NCBI GenBank assembly: GCA_000002445.1
Contig: CP000070.1
Span: 672,001-736,000, forward strand
Direction of reading: 5' to 3'
DNA: 64,000 nt
Source of the DNA: Trypanosoma brucei
Taxonomy: Eukaryota
Program-made: the position numbers and the translations under genes
Shown: positions 57,387 to 64,000 of the stretch, in pieces
Position numbering within the stretch: position 1 is the stretch's first letter
Layout of the letters: each line of letters opens with the position of its first letter
The notes under the pieces: generated by a model
What the model was told of the DNA's origin: nothing
Seen by the model: the letters and a program-made list of their open reading frames with translations, nothing else
Database searches by the model: none

Positions 57387-57720
57387 ATAGAGTAACTCAC
57401 AGTCGGTCTGGTGAATATCCCGCGACCTGGAAATAGTTAGATGCCTATGCGGATCCCTCACTGCATCCCTTACGGGATTGTTGCGAGTGAGCCCGCAAAC
57501 TGTTTACTTCACTCCCTTTTTTTTCTTGTTTTTTCTTGATTGTGTGTGTTGTTGGCACTTTTGTCCACAAATCACATTCACCATTTTCTCAATAATTGTT
57601 GTGTGGCTCGGTTGTATTTATCGACAATGTGTGCCTCCATTTGTGTGAGGTGGTGCGGACTTGCCGTGTGCACACACAATGTGGTTGTTGTGCATGTGCA
57701 CGTGTCTGTGCTTCCTTTAG

Positions 57721-58296
<576 letters not shown>

Positions 58297-58629
58297 ATAG
58301 AGTAACTCACAGTCGGTCTGGTGAATATCCCGCGACCTGGAAATAGTTAGATGCCTATGCGGATCCCTCACTGCATCCCTTACGGGATTGTTGCGAGTGA
58401 GCCCGCAAACTGTTTACTTCACTCCCTTTTTTTCTTGTTTTTTCTTGATTGTGTGTGTTGTTGGCACTTTTGTCCACAAATCACATTCACCATTTTCTCA
58501 ATAATTGTTGTGTGGCTCGGTTGTATTTATCGACAATGTGTGCCTCCATTTGTGTGAGGTGGTGCGGACTTGCCGTGTGCACACACAATGTGGTTGTTGT
58601 GCATGTGCACGTGTCTGTGCTTCCTTTAG

Positions 58630-59205
<576 letters not shown>

Positions 59206-59539
59206 ATAGAGTAACTCACAGTCGGTCTGGTGAATATCCCGCGACCTGGAAATAGTTAGATGCCTATGCGGATCCCTCACTGCATCCCTTACGGGATTGT
59301 TGCGAGTGAGCCCGCAAACTGTTTACTTCACTCCCTTTTTTTTCTTGTTTTTTCTTGATTGTATGTGTTGTTGGCACTTTTGTCCACAAATCACATTCAC
59401 CATTTTCTCAATAATTGTTGTGTGGCTCGGTTGTATTTATCGACAATGTGTGCCTCCATTTGTGTGAGGTGGTGCGGACTTGCCGTGTGCACACACAATG
59501 TGGTTGTTGTGCATGTGCACGTATCTGTGCTTCCTTTAG

Positions 59540-60115
<576 letters not shown>

Positions 60116-60448
60116 ATAGAGTAACTCACAGTCGGTCTGGTGAATATCCCGCGACCTGGAAATAGTTAGATGCCTATGCGGATCCCTCACTGCATCCCTT
60201 ACGGGATTGTTGCGAGTGAGCCCGCAAACTGTTTACTTCACTCCCTTTTTTTTTGTTTTTTTCTTGATTGTGTGTGTTGTTGGCACTTTTGTCCACAAAT
60301 CACATTCACCATTTTCTCAATAATTGTTGTGTGGCTCGGTTGTATTTATCGACAATGTGTGCCTCCATTTGTGTGAGGTGGTGCGGACTTGCCGTGTGCA
60401 CACACAATGTGGTTGTTGTGCATGTGCACGTGTCTGTGCTTCCTTTAG

Positions 60449-61024
<576 letters not shown>

Positions 61025-61358
61025 ATAGAGTAACTCACAGTCGGTCTGGTGAATATCCCGCGACCTGGAAATAGTTAGATGCCTATGCGGATCCCTCACT
61101 GCATCCCTTACGGGATTGTTGCGAGTGAGCCCGCAAACTGTTTACTTCACTCCCTTTTTTTTCTTGTTTTTTCTTGATTGTATGTGTTGTTGGCACTTTT
61201 GTCCACAAATCACATTCACCATTTTCTCAATAATTGTTGTGTGGCTCGGTTGTATTTATCGACAATGTGTGCCTCCATTTGTGTGAGGTGGTGCGGACTT
61301 GCCGTGTGCACACACAATGTGGTTGTTGTGCATGTGCACGTATCTGTGCTTCCTTTAG

Positions 61359-61934
<576 letters not shown>

Positions 61935-62267
61935 ATAGAGTAACTCACAGTCGGTCTGGTGAATATCCCGCGACCTGGAAATAGTTAGATGCCTATGCGG
62001 ATCCCTCACTGCATCCCTTACGGGATTGTTGCGAGTGAGCCCGCAAACTGTTTACTTCACTCCCTTTTTTTCTTGTTTTTTCTTGATTGTGTGTGTTGTT
62101 GGCACTTTTGTCCACAAATCACATTCACCATTTTCTCAATAATTGTTGTGTGGCTCGGTTGTATTTATCGACAATGTGTGCCTCCATTTGTGTGAGGTGG
62201 TGCGGACTTGCCGTGTGCACACACAATGTGGTTGTTGTGCATGTGCACGTGTCTGTGCTTCCTTTAG

Positions 62268-62843
<576 letters not shown>

Positions 62844-63176
62844 ATAGAGTAACTCACAGTCGGTCTGGTGAATATCCCGCGACCTGGAAATAGTTAGATG
62901 CCTATGCGGATCCCTCACTGCATCCCTTACGGGATTGTTGCGAGTGAGCCCGCAAACTGTTTACTTCACTCCCTTTTTTTCTTGTTTTTTCTTGATTGTA
63001 TGTGTTGTTGGCACTTTTGTCCACAAATCACATTCACCATTTTCTCAATAATTGTTGTGTGGCTCGGTTGTATTTATCGACAATGTGTGCCTCCATTTGT
63101 GTGAGGTGGTGCGGACTTGCCGTGTGCACACACAATGTGGTTGTTGTGCATGTGCACGTGTCTGTGCTTCCTTTAG

Positions 63177-63752
<576 letters not shown>

Positions 63753-64000
63753 ATAGAGTAACTCACAGTCGGTCTGGTGAATATCCCGCGACCTGGAAAT
63801 AGTTAGATGCCTATGCGGATCCCTCACTGCATCCCTTACGGGATTGTTGCGAGTGAGCCCGCAAACTGTTTACTTCACTCCCTTTTTTTTCTTGTTTTTT
63901 CTTGATTGTATGTGTTGTTGGCACTTTTGTCCACAAATCACATTCACCATTTTCTCAATAATTGTTGTGTGGCTCGGTTGTATTTATCGACAATGTGTGC

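Overview
This window reads as a chromosome-internal region of a kinetoplastid nuclear genome, probably Trypanosoma brucei group, not a prokaryotic locus. The evidence is intron-less genes packed into long same-strand blocks, pyrimidine-rich and microsatellite-rich spacers, and a tandem histone H2A array whose protein is trypanosome-type. A minus-strand polycistronic block runs from the window start to about 39.2 kb: one 5' partial gene, then a 921-aa EngB-like GTPase, a duplicated coiled-coil gene pair, three paralogous CCCH zinc-finger genes, two tandem NADH-cytochrome b5 reductase paralogs, an eIF2D/ligatin homologue and an LRR protein. From about 44.95 kb a plus-strand block carries a triple zinc-ribbon protein, a CAMK-like kinase, a mitochondrial uL22-like protein, five hypothetical proteins and at least 8 H2A copies continuing past the window end. 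The 5.8 kb between the two blocks is a divergent strand-switch region with a GC/G-tract-rich segment, the expected place for RNA pol II initiation in trypanosomes. The ORF track accepts TTG/GTG starts, so those ORFs were trimmed to the first in-frame ATG. The most interesting observations are: (a) a three-gene CCCH zinc-finger cluster with a clear gene-conversion tract between two members; (b) a 4.0-kb-period segmental duplication whose second copy gained a 15/16-aa tandem repeat array; (c) a b5-reductase paralog with degenerated cofactor motifs; (d) the H2A array with mosaic variants that are synonymous only; (e) complex unexplained non-coding sequence inside the strand-switch region. Nothing here looks like a defence or mobile system. 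The biology worth following is gene-family evolution and transcription initiation.
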